Below are positions 17,887-26,868 of a DNA stretch of 51,735 nucleotides, piece by piece (positions within the stretch are counted from its first letter, which is position 1; the number at the start of each line of letters is the position of its first letter). The notes beneath the pieces were generated by a model, which was given only the letters and a program-made list of their open reading frames with translations, did not search any database and had not been told where the DNA came from. Origin of the DNA: a virus (Duplodnaviria > Caudoviricetes); IMG/VR virus record IMGVR_UViG_3300030329_001756, positions 1-51,735 of that record; one strand, written 5' to 3'. A program made the translations under genes and the position numbers.

Positions 17887-18014
17887 GATGCTCTCCCTTT
17901 TATGGAAGGTTTGGATAGCGAATGCCCTGACCCTCTGACTAAACGGGCAACGGAATGTCAGAGTACCGTAGCGAGAGGTTCGATTCCTCTCCCTTCCATA
18001 AAAGAGAGAGCATC
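17887..18014 (+). ncRNA. tRNA-like RNA with internal pseudoknot
   Basis: 22/23-bp closing stem, T-arm GAGAGG-TTCGATT-CCTCTC, pseudoknot in place of the anticodon arm. Confidence 0.65.
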
Positions 18015-18017
18015 CGA

Positions 18018-18197
18018 ATGGATTTTTGTAAAATGTTGGAGTTTATAAAAGTTGTTTCCTGTTGTTGTGTTTTACTTTTTTCTTTAAATGGATGTATTCA
18101 TTTGATAGTCTTTAAATCAATGTTAGACATTGTAGGAATACACAAACTTAATGAACTAGAAAAAGAAGTAGACAAGCTTAAAGGAAAAGAAGAATGA
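18018..18197 (+). CDS. putative small lipoprotein
   Basis: Hydrophobic segment with lipobox-like LNGC; start moved downstream of the RNA element. Confidence 0.5.
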   Translation: MDFCKMLEFIKVVSCCCVLLFSLNGCIHLIVFKSMLDIVGIHKLNELEKEVDKLKGKEE

Positions 18198-18400
18198 TAG
18201 TAACACGTAAGTTAGAATCGTTGTACGGGTGTCATACTTGTAAATCTAAAGCAGACGTAATAGATGATCATGTTTACTGGTGTTCGACATGCTGGCTAAA
18301 AAAGGAAAAGAAGAAAGATAGTCTTAGCCGTATCTCTGATTACGAAAGAGAATCAAACGTAGATTGTGATGAAGGTGGTCAATTTGGTATGGGAGCTTGA
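18194..18400 (+). CDS. small Zn-binding protein
   Basis: CHTC...CSTC. Confidence 0.6.
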   Translation: MIVTRKLESLYGCHTCKSKADVIDDHVYWCSTCWLKKEKKKDSLSRISDYERESNVDCDEGGQFGMGA

Positions 18401-18401
18401 T

Positions 18402-18478
18402 GGACCCGTAGTTCAGTTGGTTAGAACGAACCGCTCATAACGGTTATGTCGTAGGTTCAAGTCCTACCGGGTCCACCA
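18402..18478 (+). tRNA. tRNA with CAT anticodon (Ile2-like or elongator Met)
   Basis: Cloverleaf, loop CTCATAA, encoded CCA; paired 1:72 so not initiator. Confidence 0.9.
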
Positions 18479-18480
18479 AA

Positions 18481-18567
18481 GCGGGCGTGGCGGAATTGGT
18501 AGACGCGGCAGACTTAAAATCTGTTTTCCGTTAGGAAGTGTGGGTTCAAGTCCCGCCGCCCGCACCA
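18481..18567 (+). tRNA. tRNA-Leu(TAA)
   Basis: Cloverleaf with long variable arm, loop CTTAAAA, encoded CCA. Confidence 0.92.
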
Positions 18568-18584
18568 AAAAAAGGAGCTAAACG

Positions 18585-19262
18585 ATGCAGATACAACATA
18601 AAGTTACTGATGATGTGCTTTTTGAGGGGGACTACCTTTCGGTTATGGCTGCGGCAGAAGCCGCTGTCAGAGAGGACGTATCCCTCAAAAACGCTGATCT
18701 CAGGGAGGCTGACCTCGAAGGCGCGAATCTTAGAAGTGCTAACCTCGAAGGCGCGAACCTCAGAGGCGCACGCCTCATCGACGCTGACCTTGAAGACGCA
18801 TATCTCGCAGAAGTTGATCTCAGAGGCGCATACCTCGAAGGCGCGAACCTCAGAGGCGCATACCTCATCAACACTGACCTTGAAGGCGCGTATCTCAAAG
18901 GCGCGAACCTCAGAGGCGCATATCTCAGAGGCGCGTGCTTCGGGGGCACCCACCTCGAAGGCTCTAACCTCGAAGGCGCGCGGCTCAAGGGTGATGACCT
19001 CATCGACGCTGGTCAAGACCGGCGCGGGTTTCAGTTCATCGGCTGCCGCTTCGCCAATGGGGTATGGGTGGTGGTTGGGTGCCGCTGGTTCTCCTTATCC
19101 GACGCCAGAGCGCATTGGGGTGAGGGCTATCCCGGCGACGCGGCGAGCAAGGCGTGGGCGTACACTGACACTGGCGACAGGGTTGAGATCAACGCCAAGT
19201 TGGACCTGATCGAGGCGACCGCGCAGTCGCGGGGGTGGAAACAGCCTGAAAAGGAGAAGTGA
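18585..19262 (+). CDS. pentapeptide repeat protein
   Basis: Tandem A(N/D/Y)LxG repeats; SD AGGAG; GC-rich. Confidence 0.9.
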   Translation: MQIQHKVTDDVLFEGDYLSVMAAAEAAVREDVSLKNADLREADLEGANLRSANLEGANLRGARLIDADLEDAYLAEVDLRGAYLEGANLRGAYLINTDLEGAYLKGANLRGAYLRGACFGGTHLEGSNLEGARLKGDDLIDAGQDRRGFQFIGCRFANGVWVVVGCRWFSLSDARAHWGEGYPGDAASKAWAYTDTGDRVEINAKLDLIEATAQSRGWKQPEKEK

Positions 19263-19558
19263 AAATGGATAAAGATTATGTTGTTGTAACTTGTGTCTCA
19301 TCTTTCCGTGTGCGTTATGTCTTACACAAAGATGATTTGCAAAAGTTAAATCCAGATAAATCGTGTAATCCTATTGAATGGGCAAAAGATACTGTTACTT
19401 GTGAAGAGTGCGATGAGTTTTCTACAGAATATATAGGAGAACACATATATGACGCTGACCTTATTACAGAAGAACAAATGATAAACTTATTTGACCGAGA
19501 CAACTCGCATATTAAAAAATGGTCACGGGAACAAAAGATTAATTGGGTCAGAAAGTAA
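19259..19558 (+). CDS. hypothetical protein
   Basis: 99-aa coupled ORF. Confidence 0.65.
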   Translation: MKMDKDYVVVTCVSSFRVRYVLHKDDLQKLNPDKSCNPIEWAKDTVTCEECDEFSTEYIGEHIYDADLITEEQMINLFDRDNSHIKKWSREQKINWVRK

Positions 19559-19572
19559 GAAGGACAGTAAGA

Positions 19573-20250
19573 ATGAAGACCAACCGTAGTATGCCTTCAG
19601 TAAACAAAATAAAAGAATACTGGGCTTGTAGGTTATCAAATAATGTTTGGCGCAAGGCAGATAATCCATACGAAGTTTTAACAAAAGATTTTTGTTGGGC
19701 ATGTGGTGCGGTTGGATTTCCTTTACAAAGAGCGCATATATTATCTAGAGCAGGACATCCTGATCCAAAGTCTACTGATAAAGTAGAAAATTTACATATG
19801 CTTTGTAGTGTTTGTCATACTGACAGTGAGGAAATAGATGGTCTAAAATATTTTCGCTGGTTTAGAAAACGTAAGTTTGGTGCAGGACCAGACAAGTTTG
19901 TTAAAGGTGTTTTAAATATATTACAACAAAAACATAACCTTAACAAACTTGACGAATTAATACGGCTATTCGGTACGATATCCGAGTTTGAGAAAGCGCA
20001 GAACTTATCAAAGATGAGGGCAGCGAGAAATCGTAAACGGAAAAAGGTAGGGAAATGTGAAGGTCGAAAAGGTTACCACGAAACGAATCCTACGTTGGTG
20101 TGTGAGGCGAAACGGCTACGCAGAAAATCACCTAAGACAGGGAAACGAAGATCGCTCAACAGCGTTTCCCAAGAACTGTTCGCTCTAGGCTTCAAGACAA
20201 GCAAGGGCAACGCTTTCAGTGCATCGCAAGTGCAGAGGTTGATTGAGTAA
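19573..20250 (+). CDS. HNH domain fused to a serine-recombinase-like C-terminal region
   Basis: CWACG..RAHI..NLHMLCSVCH, then ISEFEK..MRAARNRK..GRKGY..RSLNSVSQEL..G..FSASQVQRL. Confidence 0.65.
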   Translation: MKTNRSMPSVNKIKEYWACRLSNNVWRKADNPYEVLTKDFCWACGAVGFPLQRAHILSRAGHPDPKSTDKVENLHMLCSVCHTDSEEIDGLKYFRWFRKRKFGAGPDKFVKGVLNILQQKHNLNKLDELIRLFGTISEFEKAQNLSKMRAARNRKRKKVGKCEGRKGYHETNPTLVCEAKRLRRKSPKTGKRRSLNSVSQELFALGFKTSKGNAFSASQVQRLIE

Positions 20251-20260
20251 GGATGCAAAA

Positions 20261-20395
20261 ATGAGTTTAGATTGGCAAGTACAAAACTACCTTGAAACTT
20301 TAGTAGAACAGTTCATGGAAGAAGGATTGTCTGAAAAAGAAGCTGAAGAAAAAGCTATGGAACGATTGGATCAGTCTCAATATGATTACAAATAA
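20261..20395 (+). CDS. small acidic hypothetical protein (44 aa)
   Basis: Hand translation MSLDWQVQNYLETLVEQFMEEGLSEKEAEEKA...; SD AAGGA. Confidence 0.55.
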   Translation: MSLDWQVQNYLETLVEQFMEEGLSEKEAEEKAMERLDQSQYDYK

Positions 20396-20432
20396 AAAAA
20401 GCTGCACAAAGAAAAACAAAGTGCAGCTTTAA
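20396..20432. terminator. bidirectional terminator at the convergence point
   Basis: AAAGCTGCAC...GTGCAGCTTT between convergent genes. Confidence 0.7.
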
Positions 20433-20454
20433 AGTAATGTTAGGTTCGTATTTC

Positions 20455-20928
20455 TTATTCTTTAGAGGCGATGTATTTCCTTGCTTTAGACATGGCTCTG
20501 TTACCAAACCAAAAAGCTATAATAGCAGAAAATATAGCTTGCGTTTCAGAATCCCAAGCTGTCTCTATCGCTACTGTCCAATCAACATTTTGATTAGAGA
20601 TTAAAGCGTACATGAGTACACCTTTAACACAAATAAACATCATGAAGAAAAGATAAGTAATGACAGGGCGCACAGAACCCCTGAGAGAGTTGATAAAAGC
20701 TCCAGAGTCGATAGTTCTATCATGTTCGTATATACTCTTTGTTTCTTGAATGTCTGCTTCAGCGTCAAGTTCTTTAAGCTTTAGTTCTGATAGTTGTGAA
20801 GCATACTTAGCTTTAGCTTCAAGCATGTTGAGTTCTTGTTCGTTGGCTTGCTTTTGTTTGAAGTAGCCTAATACTTCAGGTACAATGGACGTACCAAAGC
20901 CTAGAAGAGTGCCTAGAAGACTGATCAC
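20455..20928 (-). CDS. holin of 3TMs (GTA holin-like)
   Basis: GSVRPVITY and IIAFWFGNR motifs; TM segments. Confidence 0.7.
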   Translation of the reverse strand: MISLLGTLLGFGTSIVPEVLGYFKQKQANEQELNMLEAKAKYASQLSELKLKELDAEADIQETKSIYEHDRTIDSGAFINSLRGSVRPVITYLFFMMFICVKGVLMYALISNQNVDWTVAIETAWDSETQAIFSAIIAFWFGNRAMSKARKYIASKE

Positions 20929-21212
20929 TTCTTCTTACTCATCATAACAGATGCCCCCATATAAGCTCCTACAACGCCCGCCATACCTATGTAGAACAAG
21001 GAGAACAGGTCTGCTAAAGCTTTGATTCTTGAGTCAGGAAATACAGGTAAAAATACCAACGCTGTAAACACCAGCATAGAGATCAAGGCTATCCACGCCA
21101 TAGATTTCTGTGCGTCCATCTTTTCAGCGTCAGATGCTGCACGTAGTTCTTCCTCTGTTATTACGCCGTCGTTGTTAAGATCGACATTGTATGTATCTTT
21201 AGGTGGATTCAT
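20925..21212 (-). CDS. membrane protein with an EF-hand-like loop
   Basis: DLNNDGVITEEE plus two TM helices. Confidence 0.65.
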   Translation of the reverse strand: MNPPKDTYNVDLNNDGVITEEELRAASDAEKMDAQKSMAWIALISMLVFTALVFLPVFPDSRIKALADLFSLFYIGMAGVVGAYMGASVMMSKKK

Positions 21213-21214
21213 AA

Positions 21215-21472
21215 TTAACCTACCTTATCTTTTATTTTGTTCACAAACTCCCACAGTGCAGTTATTTGTCTGTTTGTAACGTCTTGTTCAGCACGTAACT
21301 GCACTAGTGTTTGTTGTTGTGTATTGTTTTGAGTTGATATGCTTTTTACGTTGTTTTGCAGTATCTCTGTGTCTTTTAAAAGACCAGATACTTGTTCTCT
21401 TGAGCGAGTAGCCCAAACGATCAACAGTCCTATGAATATAAGTTGATCCCAATGCTCTGTTATAAAATTCAT
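21215..21472 (-). CDS. TM plus coiled-coil protein
   Basis: N-terminal hydrophobic helix followed by heptads. Confidence 0.6.
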   Translation of the reverse strand: MNFITEHWDQLIFIGLLIVWATRSREQVSGLLKDTEILQNNVKSISTQNNTQQQTLVQLRAEQDVTNRQITALWEFVNKIKDKVG

Positions 21473-21475
21473 TTT

Positions 21476-24400
21476 TTAAATTTTTATATCTAATAATCCG
21501 GGTATTTTATTTTGATTTTGTTTAGAAAAACTTTTACCGTATTCTTGTTCTAAAATTTTTCTTCTACTGAAAATATTTTCTATATCAGGACTAATGTTTA
21601 GTTCACTTTCAGAACCAAATTGCTGACCATATTGTTGTAAATTTTTAAGCATTTCTTCACTATCTTTTAAAGCTTTTTCATTTTGTAATTTTGTAAATGG
21701 AAGCCATTGATTCATAAAATCTATTACATCTCTATTAGTATTTAAAGGAGGAGCGCCATACACTTCTTGTTTTTTATATTCTTCTATAGCACTAAAAGGC
21801 CAAATAACATCGTCAAAATTTTCTATTAATCTAGGCACAGTATACGTTGTAATTTTTTCGTAAAGAGCAGAACGAGGTATACCGTTTTCTTCAGCGTGAT
21901 TTTCTAATCTTGCTTGTACTGAAGATTGAATAGCTATCATTTTAGCAGACCAGTACGCTAAAGAATCTTGAGGTACTCCAGTTCCTTTATTACCAGCTTC
22001 AAAGATATCTTTAAAAGTTTCAGCAAAAATTTTGTCATTAAATAATTCTCTCATAATTTGAAATTGACTTTGCCTAAAGTGCATTATACCAAATTCAGTT
22101 ATAGCATATCTAGGAGATAAAAATCCTCTAACTATGCTATTTGCTTTACCTAAAGCTTGAGGAACTGTCCATTCACTTTGAATAGAACTCATGGCTAGTT
22201 TACCTGATTCTTGCAAGTTTTTTATCATAGCCATTGGTGCTATTAAAGCATCTAAAGTTTCTAAATGTTCTTCGTCAAAAATTTCTTTTAATACTGGCCT
22301 TTTTTCTTTAAGAAATCTACTCATAGATGCGGGGTCTACTGTTCTATCAAAATTAACTGTAGATTTAAATAAATCTTCGTTAGAATATTTAAGTTCTTTT
22401 AATTGATCCATAACTTCAGAGTTGTTATTTTCAACTCCTTCAAGAACTTCATTTATTCTGTATTTAGGAATATTTCCGCGTTTCAAAAACATCCTTCGTA
22501 ATTCTTCTCTAGTTTTAGGATAAAAAGAAAGTTCACCTACGTTTACTTCAGGAAACCCTATTTTTAAGATTTCATCGGTTGTTAAAACTTTTAAACTTTC
22601 TATGAAATCATTATATGCTCTAGTAGGTAAAGTTTCTTTTAAATGATTCTTCATAAAAAGTATTGGATTAAATCTTTCAATACCATCATCAGTTAACTTA
22701 AAAGCGTCTATAATATTTTGTTCAATTGCTCTAAGACGAGGTGTTTCATTTATAAACCTATCTATGTCAGGATCATTATATCCGTAGTTTTTCCTTATAT
22801 TTGATCTAAACTTATCTAAAAATTCTTCTTTAGTTACAGGAGAAAGGGGTAACGTAGTTGATCTATCGCCTAATCCTAACATTGTTTGTGTAAAAGTAGT
22901 AGGGTCTATATCAGTTTTTGTTCCTTGTTTACCGGTTCCAAGCATTTCATTAATTAATCTAGTAGGAACACTTAAATCTCTATCCGTTTTAAGTTCATCA
23001 ATAGCTTGTCGTATAGCTGATGAAGCTTTTATTACAGCTTGTTCATTTTCTTTGTTTGCAACTAAACTTGATTTTCCTTTTGATTTTAAAGCATTTGCAT
23101 ATTCTTCTACATCAGTACCTTTAAATATAGAGAATCCTGATTCATTAGTATTATGAAACGAAGACATAAAATTATTTATTTGTCTATCGTTTAAAAGTTT
23201 TTTATTAATTGCATTACCCATGCTGTACACAAATAATCTTGCTAAATCTTGTTTTTCGTCATCAGACATATCTTTAGTCATTTGATTATAAGCTCTTTGA
23301 GTAGCTTCTTGATTAGGATGTTTTATTATTTCTAAAAGAAGATTTTCTGAAGAAATTCTACCTTTATCAGGATTTCTATTTATAAAAATTTTATAAAACG
23401 GAGAATCATTATCTCTAAAAGGAAGTATTGTTTTCATCCAATTTTCATTAGCTTCTTTAAAACTTGAAGATAATTCAGGATATTCTTCTAAACTATCACT
23501 TAAAGATTTAATAACTGGACTTAAATTATAGTAATCTTGATTAGATGTTTTTCCAGATTCTAAATCTTTTCTAGAAATTTCCGATAACTTTCTTTTAAGT
23601 TCTACAAAATCTGGCATTGAAACAGAAAAAGGCGCTGCATTTTTTTCTTGTATTTTTTCAATTAATTCATTTTTAATTGATTGTAATTGTTTATTTGTTG
23701 AACCTACTTCTAATTTAGCAGCTATTTTTATAGCTTCTTCATTATCAACAGACCTAAGTAAATGGTCATTTAACCATCGTATCTGTTCTTTTAAATCATC
23801 TCCTACTACATCAGTAATTTCTTCTATAGTATTTAAACTTGTAGTTTGTTTAAGTTTTTTAAGAACTGTTAAGCTTACAGGAGTTTTACCTAATATACTT
23901 GCAAATGCTTGGGATACACCACTAGGTAATTTAGGATCAGATAGAATATCTATAGCTTCACTTATATCTATATTTAAGTCTAATTTGTTAGCTTCAGTTT
24001 TAACTTTAGTGTATGCTTCATTAGAACTTGTCACAAGTTTTGGATATAAACCATCTTCACCAAAAAATGAATTTCTGATATTTTCTCTTAAATCTGTAAC
24101 ACTAACTCTATCTGAAGATGTAGTTGGTTCATGCACAACTACTCGTAAAAGTTTGTCTATTATTTTACGTTCTTCAGGAGTAACTGTAAGTATGTCAGTT
24201 TGATTTAATCCTTCTCTTTGTATTATTTGTTCAATCTGTCTATTTGTTTCTATTGATTTTTTATTAGCAGCTTTTGTTATGTTTTTTAAAGAATCATAGA
24301 ATTGTCTGTCTACTTCATCTACAGATTTACCGTGTGTTAAAGCTATTTCAGATAAACCTTTAATTAAATCAGCTTCTTGACGCGCGTATTTTTGAATATC

Positions 24401-26863
24401 AGGTATTAAAGCAAAATTACTTATCATTTTACCTGACATAGCACTAGCATTTATTTTTTCAGTTAAAACGCTTTTTAAACTTTGAATAACATTTAGTTGT
24501 AGCATGTGACCTAACAAGAAATCTACATTACCTAATTTAGATGGGACTCTTTCTGCAAGATCATCAAGTGCTTTAAATGAAGTTTTAATAGAGTTGTACA
24601 TTCGTTGTCTAGGACTTGCTTTTCCATCAACAGATTCGTCAGATAATTCGTCTATGTATTTAAGAAGATTTCTAAGATAATCTACATGTGCTGCTTTAAC
24701 ATTTTTATTAGCGTATTCTTCAGCATATCTCCATTTATTTACACTTCCATCTTTATTTAAAATGTTGTCGTTTTTTAACTGATCAGTAATAGCACCTCTT
24801 TCAGCGTTACTTTTAACATATCCTCCTGTTTCAGCTAACTCATCTCTTATTCTTAAAGCTTTTGCTGCATCACTAATTGCTCTTTGTTGCATTTGTTGTA
24901 AATCTACTTTTGTAAAGCCTTTACTGTATAACAATGCTGCTCTAGTTGAATTTTTTATAGCGTCTGAAGGAGATATTCCTTTTTCTTTTAATATTGTTAT
25001 CATTTCTTTAACAGGAGTTACATGAGCAACGAAATTTCCAACAGCACTTAATGTTTTACTGCTACCTAATTTTGCAGATAAACTTGCAAGATTTTTCCCT
25101 ATAAATTTTTGACCTATAGTAGGATACGCAAAAGCACCAGCCATACCAAATATTTCCGGCCAAAAGTTTTGAGATTCTTTAAATTGCTTTCTTTCTTTTT
25201 GTGTTATAGTACCATCTCTATTTATATCCATAATAGGTGTGAATAAATCCGAGATTGGTTCTCTTCCCCCTTGACCCCAATTTTCTATCATCATTGCAGT
25301 GTTTGCTGATGCCATTGCTGCAATACCCATATGGTAATCCTGCATTATAGATTTAGTAAATTTAGCTGCTTTTTTAGGATCGCCATGTAAAGCAAGCATC
25401 TCTCTATATTTTTGATGTATTAAATTGTCTGACATCATACTCATTTTTACATTTTCACTTTTAAATTCTTGCATTTTAAATACACGATTCCAGTAAGCTT
25501 CCTCTTCAGGAAGTTCTTGTTTGTACAATCTTGTATCAGTATAAATTCTAACAGAAGGATATTTTTGTCCTGTACCTTTAACTACGTCTTTTATAATGTT
25601 TGCTTTTTTAACATTTCGCATAAAGCTATTGGCGAGAGTTTGAGCAGACTTTGCTCCTCCAAATGAGGCAAACATTCCAGCAACATAAAGACCTCTATAA
25701 AAGTCAGTCATTTCTTCTTCAGGAACAGTTACAGCATCTTTTACAAACTTCCACATATCAGAAGCATATTTACGTTCTTTTTCTGTCATTCCATATCTAG
25801 CCATACCAAATACTTGCGCTATAAAATTATCAGGAAGCATAGCTCTGGACATTAAATTTATTTTGTCATTTCTTTCTACAAATCTATCCCATCCTCCAAA
25901 TCTTTTATCATCATAATACGCCAAATCTTTGATATCAGACCAAAGACTTATACCGTATCTTTTTTCATCTTCACTTATAGGAGGAGCCATTTTTATACTA
26001 AAATCTGAAGGATCAATTGCAAAAGTATAACCTAAAGCTACTGGTGCCCATTTATGAGAAAAATCTAATATATCGAAAGCAAGTTCACCTAATTCAACTA
26101 GAGGAGTACCTAATGATTTTGCACTGTTAAGTATAACTTTAGAAGTTTCAGGAACGGCGTTTTCTATAAAAATAGCAGTTTTACTTGCGGCGCTGCCGGG
26201 ATGTTTCTCGGCTTTTTCAACAGCTTTATCTACAGCTATTGCAAACGGATTAAGCTGTCCTCTACTGGGAGATATGAAATGGCTGGGTAAACCTTTTTCT
26301 GGAAACACTTCTGGATAAAGATGTCCTAAACCAACTTCTTTTAACGTAGTTTCTATAGTAGGTTTTTCATCTGAAGGTCTAACAAAAGGAAGGTAAGGAA
26401 ATTCTTCAAGTTTTTGAAGTTTTCTTTGTTCTTCTTCACGTATTAATTGTTCAGTTTTTCTTCTTTCTAATGGTGATGCAGAAAAAAGATTTTCCATCTG
26501 TACTGCAATAATATTTTCACCTCTTTCTGGCGGTTCATCTGTTCCAGTGATATAGTGTCCTGAAAATTCTTCACCTACTCTAGGTTCTATTGTTAAATCT
26601 GATATTAATTGTTCTCCTTCTTCTATTTGTTTAAAAGCAGGAGCTAAATACTTTTCTGATTTAGATTCAGGAGTAGATTTATCTAAATAAGATTCAAGAC
26701 TTTTACGGTTAACGTATATTTCGGAGATATCGTTATCCATTTTTCTCTTTGCCCTCTCAATTTGAGCTTGCAAAGAATTATAATTGTCTGTCTCAAAATA
26801 AGCATAATCTAAATCATTTTGATTATTTTCTTTATTGCCTATTTCTTGTTCAAAATCCACCAT
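21476..26863 (-). CDS. very large putative internal virion (ejection) protein
   Basis: 1795 aa, helical, located after the tail genes. Confidence 0.6.
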   Translation of the reverse strand: MVDFEQEIGNKENNQNDLDYAYFETDNYNSLQAQIERAKRKMDNDISEIYVNRKSLESYLDKSTPESKSEKYLAPAFKQIEEGEQLISDLTIEPRVGEEFSGHYITGTDEPPERGENIIAVQMENLFSASPLERRKTEQLIREEEQRKLQKLEEFPYLPFVRPSDEKPTIETTLKEVGLGHLYPEVFPEKGLPSHFISPSRGQLNPFAIAVDKAVEKAEKHPGSAASKTAIFIENAVPETSKVILNSAKSLGTPLVELGELAFDILDFSHKWAPVALGYTFAIDPSDFSIKMAPPISEDEKRYGISLWSDIKDLAYYDDKRFGGWDRFVERNDKINLMSRAMLPDNFIAQVFGMARYGMTEKERKYASDMWKFVKDAVTVPEEEMTDFYRGLYVAGMFASFGGAKSAQTLANSFMRNVKKANIIKDVVKGTGQKYPSVRIYTDTRLYKQELPEEEAYWNRVFKMQEFKSENVKMSMMSDNLIHQKYREMLALHGDPKKAAKFTKSIMQDYHMGIAAMASANTAMMIENWGQGGREPISDLFTPIMDINRDGTITQKERKQFKESQNFWPEIFGMAGAFAYPTIGQKFIGKNLASLSAKLGSSKTLSAVGNFVAHVTPVKEMITILKEKGISPSDAIKNSTRAALLYSKGFTKVDLQQMQQRAISDAAKALRIRDELAETGGYVKSNAERGAITDQLKNDNILNKDGSVNKWRYAEEYANKNVKAAHVDYLRNLLKYIDELSDESVDGKASPRQRMYNSIKTSFKALDDLAERVPSKLGNVDFLLGHMLQLNVIQSLKSVLTEKINASAMSGKMISNFALIPDIQKYARQEADLIKGLSEIALTHGKSVDEVDRQFYDSLKNITKAANKKSIETNRQIEQIIQREGLNQTDILTVTPEERKIIDKLLRVVVHEPTTSSDRVSVTDLRENIRNSFFGEDGLYPKLVTSSNEAYTKVKTEANKLDLNIDISEAIDILSDPKLPSGVSQAFASILGKTPVSLTVLKKLKQTTSLNTIEEITDVVGDDLKEQIRWLNDHLLRSVDNEEAIKIAAKLEVGSTNKQLQSIKNELIEKIQEKNAAPFSVSMPDFVELKRKLSEISRKDLESGKTSNQDYYNLSPVIKSLSDSLEEYPELSSSFKEANENWMKTILPFRDNDSPFYKIFINRNPDKGRISSENLLLEIIKHPNQEATQRAYNQMTKDMSDDEKQDLARLFVYSMGNAINKKLLNDRQINNFMSSFHNTNESGFSIFKGTDVEEYANALKSKGKSSLVANKENEQAVIKASSAIRQAIDELKTDRDLSVPTRLINEMLGTGKQGTKTDIDPTTFTQTMLGLGDRSTTLPLSPVTKEEFLDKFRSNIRKNYGYNDPDIDRFINETPRLRAIEQNIIDAFKLTDDGIERFNPILFMKNHLKETLPTRAYNDFIESLKVLTTDEILKIGFPEVNVGELSFYPKTREELRRMFLKRGNIPKYRINEVLEGVENNNSEVMDQLKELKYSNEDLFKSTVNFDRTVDPASMSRFLKEKRPVLKEIFDEEHLETLDALIAPMAMIKNLQESGKLAMSSIQSEWTVPQALGKANSIVRGFLSPRYAITEFGIMHFRQSQFQIMRELFNDKIFAETFKDIFEAGNKGTGVPQDSLAYWSAKMIAIQSSVQARLENHAEENGIPRSALYEKITTYTVPRLIENFDDVIWPFSAIEEYKKQEVYGAPPLNTNRDVIDFMNQWLPFTKLQNEKALKDSEEMLKNLQQYGQQFGSESELNISPDIENIFSRRKILEQEYGKSFSKQNQNKIPGLLDIKI

Positions 26864-26868
26864 TATAT

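Noticed and set aside
17920-17965. HDV-like (theta) ribozyme
   Set aside because: Only 5 nt between P2 and P1', leaving no room for P3/L3; it is a simple H-type pseudoknot
17887-18014. Complete tmRNA
   Set aside because: Too short, no tag reading frame, no G3:U70 alanine identity pair
18538-19209. Alternative-frame and antisense repeat ORFs over the pentapeptide gene
   Set aside because: Artefacts of the 15-nt periodic GC-rich DNA; one starts inside tRNA-Leu
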